This document shows, in pieces, positions 38,440 to 51,744 of a DNA stretch of 64,000 nt. A program made the position numbers and the translations under genes. The notes below the pieces were generated by a model. It did no database searches. It was not told the origin of the DNA and saw only the letters and a program-made list of their open reading frames with translations. Source of the stretch: Stylophora pistillata. Taxonomy: Eukaryota. Location of the stretch: NCBI RefSeq assembly GCF_002571385.2, contig NW_019217844.1:190407-254406 (forward strand), read 5' to 3'. Position 1 is the first letter of the stretch; each line of letters starts with the position of its first letter.

Positions 38440-41124
38440 ATGAACTTTCTTTGTGGACATCTTTCCATACTCTTCTTCCAGGGTAACTGGTTGTTTAAAT
38501 CAAAATTTTTTGCGATTTCGGTAAGTTGCAGTGTCAGCAATATTATTAAGAAATGGATAATTGCAGGGAAAACAATACTGCAGGAAAGCGTACGATCGTT
38601 TTCTCAACGAACTCTTTTAAATCTCTCTTACGTAGAAAGAAGAAACACGTCGAACTATAATATGTGACCGAAAAGTTATGCTGAAACTCTGTATTCAGCT
38701 GTTATCCCGGACCGTAGCTAGTTAATAATTATTTCACCCTAAAAATTGATCGTGTGATTCGCAGGCTAGCGTGATATCAACAGCACCTCGCTTGCGTTCA
38801 TCAATGGAAGCCCACGATAAGCTACGCATCTGGCAACATTTCATCGTCGCGAAACATCTATATTTCATGTAACCTATAAATGTTTTGATCTAACACTTTT
38901 GATTTTAGCAAATTGGACTGTTCCTTTCGCAATTAACCGAACACATTTCTCCGCATAAAAACTCTTGAAAGTGAGATAGGTAGATCTCTTTCTTAAAAGG
39001 AAATTCCTCTACGATCACATTAAGAAGTTTCGAGTGTGGGTTCGATTTCTTGATTTGCCTTTTGCTGTTGATCTGGCTCAGCGAGGGCATGCATATCCAA
39101 CTTTGGCTTTTAGAAGCAAAGTCATACTCTCTATCGACTATGGGTTGATTGATTGGTACAGAGAGGGTTATCTCTGCTTGGTTATTCTTCACATTTTCTT
39201 GATTTTTGTCTTTTCTTTCCACAGTTATTTCTTGCACTTTCAACATTCAGTACTGTTAAAGGCAAAAATTGGCAGTGCCCAGATTGCAATAAAGAAGGAT
39301 ATATCGAAATCATTGATCCGAAAACTGGCAATTGTGAAACATGCTGGCCTTGTCCTGAATGTGGGGAGGGTGCAGGTTCATCTGTTCAATGCAAATCGAG
39401 TGTACCTAGGGGCACAGACATACACTGTGTTTCTTGCATTATGGGCATTAACTTCTCTAACAGCTCCAGTACTGAAAAGTGCCAACCTTGTGGTGTCTGT
39501 TCAGGAAAGCACGAGCATGTCACAGCTGAATGTTCCCCTTTGAGTGATGTGGAATGTGAATGTGAAAGTGGATTTTATAGAAACAAAACCACTCATGAAT
39601 GCCAGTCATGTGATTCCTGTTGCTTCACTGATGCAGACGATGATATCATCGAAAAATGTCAGGAAAACGTTGAAATCAAAGAAGATGAACAATCTGTGTT
39701 CAGCCCCTCTACAGCCATTGCAAAAACCACAACTTCATTCAAATCAATCAAGATCCATAAATCTGTAACTCCTTTTCTTCTGGGCTCCACTGGTATTCCA
39801 GTTCCTTCGAGGACCCAATTAATCCAATCTACACCAACAAGTGTTTCATTTCCAATTCAAAAGCATGATGTGGTACCTACAGAAAATGTGATCATTATGA
39901 ATGTACATACAACAGGACATGAACATGGTGAAAGTATGAAATGGATCAGAGGACTTACATGCACTATGGGTGTTTCTATTTTTGTCATACTGTGTTGTTG
40001 TTTACTCTACCTAGTGTTAAAAAGAGTAAGGAAAAACAGAGGAAACAGAAATGTATTACCAGCTGTATTTTATCGTGTACCTCAGCATGATGTGGAAAAC
40101 TATGGGTTGCAAAAGAGGATTGATGGGCACTGTACCCCTGGTTCTGATGAATCAAGAAGAAATTCAAATACAGTTGTTTTTCAAAAGGATCATGGAGTTG
40201 TAAAAGGGGATCAGCTTGAGAACACTGCCAGCAAAGACTCAGTTCAGACAGGTGAAATTAAGGAAAACTAAAGGGTCATTAGTCTAATTTACTGGGATTA
40301 AGGGTTACACAGCCAAAATAATGATAACTTTGGAGAAACACAACACGGTGCCATTTGAAGTGATTGTAACCTCTAGAATAACAATAGTTGCACTAAGTGT
40401 TTTCCTTAGCTACTCTGGTAATTATAACATAACACTTTTTACTTTTTTCTTCCATTGAAGGATAGATTCAATTATTTTTATTTCTGTCTGGCAAGAAATA
40501 TTTATATTTATAAAATTCCAGTCTCTAGCCTTCAAAAGGATTGCTCACAAGGTGAGATCCTCACTTACTGTGAATTTTTCCAAAGTGAACCCTTGGTCTA
40601 TATGCCTACAAGAAAGTTTAAGAATGAAATTTTGCCACCAATGTCAGCGACATGTTTTATTATTCCTCATCGAAAATATGACACTTATTTTGCCTTTTTT
40701 TGATTCTTACATAGCATCTGATCTACTTGTTGTTGATATGCAAGGGGGAAACCATGGAGCAGGCTGTAACTCAACTCCACTTCCTCAACCTGCAAAAGAC
40801 AACTTTGGCTATTCAACCTGCATAACAGATGTACCTCAACCTATCATCTGTAAAATGTGCAGGCTACTTGACATTGAAAGAGTTGCTGATGAGAACGATT
40901 ATAGAATGCTTGGATATGAACTTGGCCTTACACCATCAGAGATCACTTCCATCAAACAAAAAAGTAAAGAGCCATCTTTTGTGCTTTTGATGGAAAAGTT
41001 TGCAACCAAGCCACACTCTGGAACACTCAATCATCTCAAATCCATATTAGTAAAACTTGAAAGATATGATGTGATTCAGGTTATAGATAAATGGGTACAA
41101 AATCAACCATTGCAGACAAGTTAG
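38440..41124 (+). CDS. TNF receptor superfamily member with death domain (gene 1); exons 38440-38520, 39225-40251, optional 40522-40551, 40715-41124; ~505 aa
   Basis: Signal peptide, TNFR cysteine-rich repeats (CWPCPEC..C..C; CQPCGVC..C..CEC..GFY..C..C..CC), S/T/P stalk, TM GVSIFVILCCCLLYLVL plus KRVRK, death domain (DYRMLGYELGL...GTLNHLKSILVKLERYDVI). Confidence 0.88.
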
Positions 41125-41233
41125 AGATTAGGCTGCAGATGCAGTTCACTTAAGGTGACTGAACACAACTTTTTTGATACCTGTGTTTCTTTCACCATTT
41201 TCTCTAAAACCCTTGATCTCTTGGTTGCCAAAA

Positions 41234-41845
41234 CTGGCAGCAAGCAAGTTACCAACACAAACTTTGTTTTTTTGACAGTGAAGCTGACGTACATGCCATT
41301 GTCATGGCGACATGAATAAATATAAACAGGCCTTTAAAATCGGTTTTGTTCATTTGTAGAAAATCTAGTCATTAGTTTTTCTTTATGATTTGCATGCAAT
41401 GAGCTTGTAACAATACTCACAAGTTCAAACCATTTTGCTAACAATTTCACAGAGAGGTCTTTAATTGTCCCTTGTTGAAGGTTCATTTGATTATTTAGAA
41501 TTTCCTTAGTTAAAAATCAATTTTTTTCAATACTCCAGTTACTTATTTCCTAAAGTATTTTCGTGCCGAATTTCGTGAAATTCTAATGAGTGGTTCTTGA
41601 AAAATAGACATATTTCCAAGAAAGCAATTTTCCATTCAATTGCAATTTTTTTACCTACTACGCATGCGCTTTATTTAACTGGGTTCTCTTGGTAACGGTG
41701 AAAAAGCTGAGGGTTCTTTGCACCATTAACTTTTCTAACACGTCTTTGTAATAAAAGATTAAAGCCCTCAATAGAAAAAAATAGCACAGATAGTGCGGAT
41801 ATGTGTCGAGTAAACAAAACGACCACTCTGTTGACAGCATGTTTG
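41234..41845 (+). repeat. Non-coding block duplicated downstream of TNFR gene 2 (51366-51744 plus 53161-53445)
   Basis: Colinear high-identity alignment by eye: GCAGCAAGCAAGTTA..ACACAAACTTTG...TGTAGAAAATCTAGTCATTAG...CTACGCATGCGCT...GCATGTTTGTTT. Confidence 0.85.
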
Positions 41846-41926
41846 TTTGTTTTTTGCAATCATCCTTGCGCATGCGCTGAATTGCAACAGCAAAAGCGCA
41901 CACGAAAACTATGTTCACCATCTTAA

Positions 41927-42129
41927 CCCTCTAACTTCCAGAAGTGATTTGCATATGACCCCCTCATGTGATATCCATACAGTATTCAGCAAACAGGTAA
42001 TGAGAAAATTCAAACTCATCAGGTAATTTTTGTTATCTTGATCTAACACCAAATTCTTGTTACTCATTAACAAAGAAATGTATAGCAGCTAGAGGGGAGA
42101 ATAAACAATCATATCTTGGTGTTAAAGGG
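41927..42129. mobile_element. piggyBac-type MITE
   Basis: TTAA|CCCTCTAAC...GTTAAAGGG|TTAA. Confidence 0.7.
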
Positions 42130-42399
42130 TTAACCTAGCAAGAATCATAGTAAGATCTTTGTTACAATTCAAAATCATGACAAGTCTTTTAAGTATTTTT
42201 GAGTGAGATAAATTAAAATTAACTTAACACCTTAAAATAAATGTCATTTTATAGCTTTTAAAGCAGGAAAGAAAATGATAAAAAGATATATTTAGTACAA
42301 TGTTCTTTTACAATACAATGTTCTTTATGGGTAAATACACGATTAACCCAGTAAAGAGTTTTCTAACAAATGGCCCTCACCCACCCTACCCACACCACA

Positions 42400-42675
42400 A
42401 AGATAGACCACAACACTGGGCACAACGTGCCCTACTCTTTTTGATCAGTGTGTGGGTTCATTAACGTCCCACAATTTTTTTTGTTATCACATTCAAGGGC
42501 GTGTGAGACGGGACCTTTGGCTTTACGTCCTATCTGTGAAGATGAAGCAATGTGAGCAAAGCGTCTTGCTTAAGGACACAACGTCATGCCCGACCCAGGA
42601 CTTGAACCCGGGCCATCAGACTCAGAGTCCAGCGCACTGACCACTGACGCACTGACCACTGGACTACTCACGCCT
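42400..42675 (-). mobile_element. tRNA-derived SINE
   Basis: Minus strand AGTGGTCAGTGCGCTGGACTCTGAGTC..CCCGGGTTCAAGTCC (A/B boxes), followed by a body ending GTTGTGGTCTATCT. Confidence 0.65.
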
Positions 42676-44030
42676 CAATAGTAAGAGTTGGGGGTTGAGG
42701 GAAATCTTTCTCTAGGAGGCTCTATTTACATGATGTTTTTTAGTTGGTGAAAATGGTTTCCAAAATAATCCTGTTTCAGGAATGGTAAAAAAAAAAATTG
42801 ATTTGGGCAGACTGTAAGATTATCTTCCCTGTCCCTTCCTATCAGATTTGTAAATCGATCAGTATCCAGACTAGGCACCTTTTATATTTTTTTAGACCTT
42901 TTACATTTTAATTTTCTTCTTTTTTTACCTTGTTTGGCTCAGTGATAACCATTTTCTCTCATATTTTTCATTTTTTTACCAAAGAAACTGCCTTTAATTA
43001 AGGACACCATCACTCTAAAAATTAATTATTTCATCATTTATTTTTTATTGTTATTCAAAGTTATACTCTTAATTCTGATTAAGTTTGTCTACCTGCATTT
43101 CAACATGACATTTTAAACCCTCATTACAATGGAGCCACAATTATTATCCACTTGGCAGCTTCTTAAGGTACATTATGATATCCCGTGACTTTCCTCTAGG
43201 ATTCTTAAATAGCTTTTTCATTCCTAAAATAGCTTTTTCTGGAAACAGCGTTATTTCTCGGGGAAAAATAGTTTTAATAATAGTCATAATATATAGGATA
43301 AAGATCAAATGTTCGCCTTTAAAAAAAAAAGCATATTATTTTATTCATCTAGTGAATGAATTAGAAACCTAACTTAAGTTATTATTCCCGGATGAAATAA
43401 ACAAAGGCTCTCCTTGAAACTTTGATTCATTGTCTCAGCTTCCACTTGTTGGTCTTTTTTAATGCTCTTTGAACCTTGAAAAATGCTTACTCATGAAAAG
43501 TTTCAAGATTTCTTCATTGATTAGATCAGATTTGCAATTACCTCAGTCATTTTCAAGCACATCAACAAAATGTAAGACCCTAATACTTAAACTATGTAAG
43601 AAAAGCATTCTACGGTAAGACTTCAGAATTGCCCCATAGTGTTATGATCTATTGTTGTAGCTCCCATTGCGAGCCTATGTTTACGTCAACATCCGGGCAA
43701 TCGCCCATGTGCTTTGAAAGAAAAAATCGTCGCGTTCATTTTCAAGAATGTTTTGTTGCCGTTTATTGTCGTTGTTTGAAAACCCTAAGCTCGAACAGTC
43801 GGTGAGTTTTCATTTCAGTTGTTAATGTTGTAATTTCGTTTGTTTTAAGGGTGTTTTCTGTTTGCAGAAAACCTCTCCTTTACTGGTTAGTCGAGTTTTC
43901 GACTCAAGCAAATGTTTTTGTGAAATAAACAACATCATATAAGGAACGGCTCGACCAATCAGATTGCTGGAAACTCTTTGCTCAGCTCTGAAATTATACT
44001 AAATGTATATATTGTATATATGTATATATT

Positions 44031-44428
44031 AAACAACAACAAACATATGAAACATATGTGTGAACTGCGGTTATGAGACGTATATGAGAACGATCCTTCG
44101 CAGTAAAGCACTATTTGAGCAATAGTGAAAATCAGACCTGAAAAAAATTTCAGGCCTGTACGGGACTCGAACCACTGACCTCTGCGATACTAGTGCAGCG
44201 CTCTACCAATTGAGCTAACAAGCCAACTGGGAGCAGGCCATCAAATTAATTCGATATAAACCCGTAGATGATAAATCAAACAACAACAAACATATGAAAC
44301 ATATGTGTGAACTGCGGTTATGAGACGTATATGAGAACGATCCTTCGCAGTAAAGCACTATTTGAGCAATAGTGAAAATCAGACCTGAAAAAAATTTCAG
44401 GCCTGTACGGGATTCGAACCACTGACCT
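44031..44428 (-). repeat. Tandem ~247-bp units containing a tRNA-like sequence (truncated at the N at 44429)
   Basis: 44031-44277 repeated from 44278; minus strand GGCTTGTTAGCTCAATTGGTAGAGCGCTGCACTAGTATCGCAGAGGTCAGTGGTTCGAGTCCCGTACAGGCC. Confidence 0.8.
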
Positions 44429-45049
44429 NTTCATCCACTTGTACATATGCTAGATTCGAGGCGTAATGAGAGAAATGCAAAGAATGTATGGAATGTAGAT
44501 TGTTCACGTAAGATTTGTGTGCAAACCTTACCGATGCCGTCATCAATTTGCCCTCGTCACTGTTTTTGGGATATTACTTAACAAAATTATAGATCAGCAG
44601 ACCTCGGAACCTCTGGAACTTGCGGGACCCATGATTATTTGTAAAAAGAAAGAGTAATGAAATAATAATAATAATAATAATAATAAATTAAATCAAAAGT
44701 AAACCTTAACGCTGTTCGAAATTTCGTCTAAGAGAATTATTTTTCCATCGCCTTCCACAGTTAGCCTTAGTTTGCACAGCGAGCCCCTGTAAATTTTTTT
44801 GCGTTGCAAAATGTAAGGATTTGTATGGGAATAATAGGTCACGCTCTCAACCAAAATAAAGCCGAATTAGTTTCGTATGAAAAAGAGTTGCCTCGCTTAA
44901 GTAGTTTTTCCTTTGCATAGTGTGAGTTTCCTTGGGCTGACTTGGGGCCGTTTAGTTCGGTTTAGTTCTGGGTTCCACAGGTTCAGACGGTTCCTCGATT
45001 TCCTCAGGTTCTGCAAATCAGCGAGTTCCTCTCGGAATGAGGATCGTTC

Positions 45050-45060
45050 GGGGAAACCCC
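45050..45060. promoter_or_regulatory. NF-kB site upstream of TNFR-like gene 2
   Basis: GGGGAAACCCC, 260 bp upstream of the ATG. Confidence 0.65.
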
Positions 45061-45309
45061 TACGCACAACCGCACGTACTTATATTTACATGGTTATAGT
45101 AAAGGAGGTTTTTCTTTCACAAAGGAATAGCCTTTAATTGATCCCCAATTGTGCTACAAAATACAATCTTCTAAGGTTTGTATGAACTAAATTCGATTAA
45201 CGTTGTAAAAAAAAATCATGTCTTTGTTCGTTTTTTTGCCACTACGACCAAAGTCGACATAAACTGGACAGTTTTCATTTTTTCTGCATGTGTCATCCCA
45301 GACGTAGCG

Positions 45310-48300
45310 ATGAACTTGCTTGGTGGACTTCTCTCCTTTCGTTTCATCAAGGATGACTCGGAGTATAAATCAGGATTTGCAGCAATTATGGTAAGTGATT
45401 AAGTAACGTAAAGACTTGCATATTTTCTACGAAATAGAACTTCTATGGAAAAACACAGAGGCACGTGCTTGTGTAGGTAAAAACAGGGTAATCACTATGA
45501 AATTTGACCGCGAACGCAAACATTCTATGTTGCTGTGTTCAAGTGAGTTTAGACTGAGGCTGTTTAGTTCAATTTCAGTTCATATACTTTGTCAAGGGCA
45601 AAGTGATTAAAAAATCCGACTACGCGAAGGAAAAACCGAAAAGCGAGGTAATTTTTTTAAAAAGGTTTTTAGATTAAGAATGCGAACGTTTCCAAAGTTC
45701 CACACTAGTTCGTGTATTGCGCAACGTAGATGGACATATTTGCATATTTACCCATAGCAAGCTTGCGCCACCTTAAAAAAAATTAGAATCTTTCTGCTCT
45801 CAGCCATGTTTATATCTAGTAAATACGTACTATTCAAGCAAAGTGTGCTTTTTTGCACGCACTGATTGGTTAATGCTGTACGATCAGCCTCGGAAATGTT
45901 TATTCAAATCGATTGAATTTCGGGCTTCGTCCGCACAGCCTCGCTTTCGTTTTAAAAATGATGGAGGCTCATAAAATGTTTTAAATTTCTTACTGAGACA
46001 TTTTTAAGCATCATTTTTCTTTTGGTAAAGACCAAAGCCTGTAATTTTGGAGATCTTCACTGTTAAGTTGGATTTTCAAGGTGATCTGATGTGTGAATTT
46101 TGTGGAACTAAAATTGAAAGTTTCGTACAAATAATTTACCAATGTTTGTTTCATTTTGCATTGTTCCCTTTCATTTTTCTCTGTTTTTCTCATTTTTCTA
46201 TATTGTTCTATATTTCTTAGGTGTTGCTTGCAGTTTCTTCATTCACCGGAGTTAGAGGCAAACATGGCCAGTGCCCAGACTGCACGGGGGGACAATATAT
46301 CAAAGTCATTGATCCAGCAACTGGCAAGTGTGAATCATGCTGGCCTTGTACTGTGTGTCAGGAGGGCACAGGCTCTTCAGTACGATGCGGATCAGTTGTA
46401 CCTAGAGGCATAGATATACACTGTGTTCCTTGTGTTAAAGGCATAAACTTTTCTAGCAGCTCCAGTACTGAACAGTGCCAGCCTTGTGGGGTTTGTTCAC
46501 GGAAGCATGAGCGTGTCTCGGCTGAATGTACCCTATTCAGTAATTTGAAATGTAAATGTGAGACTGGATTTTATCGCAACAAAACCACTACTGAATGTCA
46601 AACTTGTGATACCTGTTGCTCCAGTGATGAAGACAATGATATTGTTGAAAAATGTCAAAAAGATGCAGAAAACAAAGAAGATGAACAGCTCCTAGTGTCC
46701 AGCTCCTTCACAGTCATTTCAACATCTTCATCTGCTGTAAAATCCTCTACATTCCATGTAGCTCCAACTCCTTCACTTTCAAGCTCAACCAAAATCATGC
46801 CAGTTCCATCAAAACCCAAGCTGATCCATCCGACTACAGAAAGTGTTTTATCAGTCTATGAAAGGCATAGTGTGCCATCTGCTGAACTTAAGATTGATGT
46901 GAACCTTAAACATGTTGAAATTATGAAGTGGATCAAAGGACTGACATGCTCTGTGGGTGTTTTAGCTCTCATTTGTGTATCAGATTACTTTCTGAACCCA
47001 AAGCTGAAAAAGTTCAGGGAAAGGGGACAGATTAATCATCCAAGTCAGCAATCTTATAGATTTTCTACCCTTAACCAGCATGACCAAGAAAATCCTATAT
47101 TACTTAAAGGAGCAGGTACTTCATCCAGAAGGTCTGACACTGATGGGCCAATTAGAAGTACAGATGCAATCAATTGTACAGAGGATAATGAGGACGATGA
47201 AGTCATGATGATATGTAACCAGTATGTGCAGAAAACTGAGATGGAAAATTTCCAGAGAGGAATTCCAATATCAACAGGTGGCAAACCTAGAAGTTCCATC
47301 CCTGAAGGTAACAAAAGTAAAGCAAAATTGTAGTCTTAAGATATCATCTAACTAGGCTGTACAATATACAGTACATTATGAAGTCTGTACATACATTAAT
47401 AGGTGCTTACCTGCATCTCATTTTTCCCAGTTTTAGGAGAACTGAATCACTAGAAGTGTTCTCCTCTAGGGGTGGATTTTAGTCCATTGCAGGTCACCAG
47501 TTCTTCTCCCCCCAGCTTTTCATCAAGTTCCACAATTTCCTCTTTGTCATTTATACATATTTGTAGAGAGGACATAGTTAGAGCTGTGTGTCTTGCCCAT
47601 GGAACACAACAATACAACTAGACCAGGGCTGAAATATGGACCTTTCAATGGAAAGCTCGATTTGCAAACCATGAGGCTATTGAACATTTCCTATCAATAC
47701 ACTGTGATACTATCGGAAAGCCAAAATCTGAGAAATATGGCTGTCACATTAGTCAAATATAAAATGCCTTTTGTAAGTTTATCAGGTCTTAGTCATGTCA
47801 ACCACACATTAGCATTAATCACATTTTATTAGTAAAAGCACTGTACTCTGTAAAGAGTATATTGGCTATAGCTACTGCTAAATACAAATCTGACTTGACA
47901 AGACTTCAATTTCTACATTTTGTACATCCAATGTTTAAAGGCAGTTATTTGCATTTGTGGTGAAGAATTTACTATACCTGCGGAGTGAAAAGTGGTGTCT
48001 TGGCCCTCTAATAATTACTTTTAAAAAAGTTGTTTAATCTTGCCGAAACGTTACATGACTCTGATTTATTCCATTTGAAGCCTTGAAATAAATTATTGCA
48101 GTGATGTTGGCCAATTTTTTTTCAGGTTTATTTCCTAATTTGATAGATATTTCTCTCAGAGAGACTCATTGCTGACACTATTGAAATACATCAAACAATG
48201 CATGTTTAACACAGGTTAAAACAGATGTAGCTAATGGGATGTCCTTTACATCAAATTAACTTTTGCAATACTTAATGTTCCTATGATTATTATATATTAA

Positions 48301-49909
48301 TAGTTCCAGCACCAACATTTGAGAAAACTGATGTGCATAAATGTCCTGATCAGGATTATTTAAAACAAGGCACAGGGTCAAGTATGTGATTTGTTTTGTT
48401 TTTTTTTTTTGTGAAAGATATGCTGTAATATGCTAATTAACCCATTTTTCTTTCTTACAACAATTTCAGTTTCAGTCATTATGACAGTTGATTTATTGAC
48501 CTATTTCCTATAGATCTTTTCCCAGCTGTTTCAAAGTCAGTGCAAAACCATATGGAGGGCATCCCACCAACTTCTCCACATTCTGTTGATACTGGATTGC
48601 AACAACTGAGTAAGAAACAGATGTTGAGATTCTTAATTTTCATTAAGTAGAGTTAAATAGCCACAAAAACTATTTTTAATTAGTGACCACGGAGTGGATG
48701 AACACTACACAATAATGATTCTAGTGTGTTACATGATAGCCCATTTGCGAATTACCCTTGACCTCATTTTCAAAACGAGTCCGTGCTAATCCTTTCATAT
48801 GATAATAAGTTTCCATTCACGTGCAAATTAAACTCATTTTCACAAGAATGGTTGAGCATGAGGACTCATTTTGAAAATGAGGCCAAGGGTAATTTGCAAA
48901 TGGGTTATTGTGTTAAAAAGAAACTAATCAGACATGAGGGGGGCTAAAATCAATTTTGATTTCAATTGTGTATCCTACTGTCCTGTTTGAGTGGTCAATT
49001 AAGCATTGAACATTCCTAAGACATTTTTGCCAGCATTTGCTTTTTCACCAGATGACTGGAATAATGATTAATCTTTCATTTCTCTTTTTTTTCTACCACT
49101 AACAGGCAGATCTGAGGGAAATGACAACAATCATGATTTGATAATTTTTTCTGGTACTCCATCTTTCCCTGAAGAGACAACCTGCGATTCCTCTTTGCAT
49201 TTGGAACATAACACGCCATTTGTGAATTGCATAGTGCATATGCATCATCCTACAAGTAAGAAATAGTTTTGGCCAAGTATTTATAATAATTCTTTAGAAG
49301 CATCTTTTCTAAGCTCATGATCAGTGACAAAATTTACAAAGCTTTGGTAAAAGAACAATGAAGTAACAACATGACTGAATGGACAAACTCAGGTCTAGTA
49401 AATGTAATTATTTATAGATGAAGGAACCACTGAGCTAAAATCTATCTTCCATTTGTACAGTTTACCAGGCATGTACCAGTTCATTTTCTCCCCAATCATG
49501 GCCTCCCTCCCTTGCAGAAATTGTAAAGAATAATTCCTTATCTCCTGGATTGGATCAGCCAGTGAGAGTAGCAGTCAGCTGGTCAGAATTATCTCAGAAT
49601 GAAAGATACAGCACCAGGATTTTGGAAATGCCATTTAAGCTTCTCTATGATATGTGCTTGTCCCTTGACATACCACGAACTGATGGCAAAGATATTAGAA
49701 TGCTAGCAGACAAGCTTGGAATTACAGGCCGCAACTTTGATCGTCTTAAACAAGCTGCCATTACAGATAATTCTAATAATCCCATTTCATATGTTCTCCT
49801 GAAAGAAAGTTTTGATGCAGTAAATGGTACTGTGGGGGATTTTGTTGACATAATGAATGAAATAGGAAGGAGGGACATAGTTGATGACATAAATGATTGG
49901 CCTGGCTGA
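45310..49909 (+). CDS. TNF receptor superfamily member with death domain (gene 2); exons 45310-45390, 46221-47307, 48304-48381, 48514-48609, 49106-49255, 49518-49909
   Basis: Exon 1 MNLLGGLLSF.. is homologous to gene 1; same CRD cysteine pattern; phase-compatible GT-AG exons; death domain DIRMLADKLGI...GTVGDFVDIMNEIGRRDIV. Confidence 0.86.
48736..48908. mobile_element. Hairpin MITE in a TNFR gene 2 intron
   Basis: ATAGCCCATTTGCGAATTACCCTTGACCTCATTTTCAAAACGAGTCC / GGACTCATTTTGAAAATGAGGCCAAGGGTAATTTGCAAATGGGTTAT. Confidence 0.75.
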
Positions 49910-51744
49910 TGACAACTTACTTAGTAGGGGCAGATAATTAGAACAGGGGTTTGGAGGAAGGGGGCGAGAAAATTAATTTTCATGTAAGTCATTTATTCCC
50001 CTTCCTGTTGTACAGGATTATAATTTGCATTTATCATGGAACTTAAGGTTAATTAATTAAGAAAATCAGTGTTTGGAGAAGTGTATGATGAGTAGGCCTA
50101 GATACAAAAATCCCCAAAAATTGTCTGAAAAATATTTTGTACATTCTCCAAAAAAATTCTATAAATCTCAATCTTATCTCTAAAAATCTCAATTTACCTC
50201 AGATGATTTGCATAAGAGGTGAGATTCCTTTGCCGAAATTGCATGGAGGCACTTTAAAAGATTCAAAATGATCAGGTAATTAGTAGAAAATTTAAGTGGT
50301 TCGTCTCCTTACAGATTAGTTTCTCAAATAAGCGATAACGACAAATAAAACAGTAGGCAGAGTAAGTTCTGTTAACCACGTTTATTTGATTTTATACCAT
50401 CAGCGGTATTTTTCTAGACATTAGTGCTAAATATCCTTAAATGTTCTACAAATCCTCAAATTGTCATAAACTTCCATTTGACTCTAAAAATCCTTAAAAA
50501 AATTCCTGATTTTTGTACTTAGCCCTGGTGATGAGAAAACAAGAGAAAAAAATTTGTGCTGATCCCAAAATTTCTCACCCTCACCCCTCTTGTCACTTTT
50601 CTAATTGCAGGTCTTCACGTTTTTCATTCCTGCTTGACCCGCTAGGAAATATTTCTTTAAACTTTTTTTTTCAAAGCTTCTAACCATGAAGTTTTATGTA
50701 GCCCAGTAAGAATCATTTTATTTTGGAAAAGTGTCTTTAACTTGAAATGCTGGCAATCTAAAATCCTTGCATGATTTATTTTATTTATTTATTTGAATAT
50801 ATATTTAAAATCTTGACTAGTTTTGACATTTAAATTCTCCCATCATAAGCCCAAACTCCAGTATCTCTTCGTAGCAGCTTCTGAAGTTGCAAAAACTAAT
50901 GAGTTAGTGCAAGTTTTCTTTTAGGTTTAGGTTTAGAAATAGGTTTATTTTAATCACTCTGCTTTACTTAAATAAAATATGGTGGGGTTTTTCTTTCAAA
51001 GTTATTACTTTCCAGGACAATTTACTTAAGGTGATTACTTAGACGAAAAAGCTATAGAGCAATTGTTTTTTCTTTCCTTAAATGTTCACTATCAATGTCT
51101 GTTTTGAAAACAAAATGAAAAAAGATAGGTCACTATGCTTGAATCATAGTACAGTGCGTCAAAAAAATACAGACTTAAAGGTTTCTTTAAAAAAAATAAG
51201 GAACAATTTTTTTTCAACTTTCCTTAAAATGTTTACGGTCAATGTCTGTTTCGAAAATTAAAATAAAAAGGATAGGTCACCGTGCTTGTATCATAGCTCC
51301 CTCTCCCCACCGCACATTCCGCTCGCCCCAATACCCTCTCCTCTCCCCCAGGGCTTGCTTCGCAGGCTAGCAGCAAGCAAGTTAACAACACAAACTTTGT
51401 TTTTTTGATAAAGAGCTGACGTATGTGCTGTTGCCATGGCGACATGAATACATATAAAGAGGCAATTAAAATCGGTTTTGTTTCTTTGTAGAAAATCTAG
51501 TCATTAGATTTTCTTTATAATTTGCTTGCAACGAGCTTGTAACGATACTCACAAGTTAACACCATTTTGCTAACAATTTAACAGAGAGATCTTTAATTAT
51601 CTCTTGTTGAAGGTTCACTCGATTTTCTAGAATTTTCTTTGTTTAAAATCAGTTTTTTTTTTTCAATACTCCAGTTGCTTATTTCCTAAAGTATTATCGT
51701 GCCAAATTTCGTGAAATTCTAATGAGTGGTTCTCAAGAAATAGG

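Noticed and set aside
44152-44224. Functional tRNA gene
   Set aside because: The anticodon arm is irregular and the sequence is embedded in a tandem, dispersed repeat unit; treated as a tRNA-derived repeat
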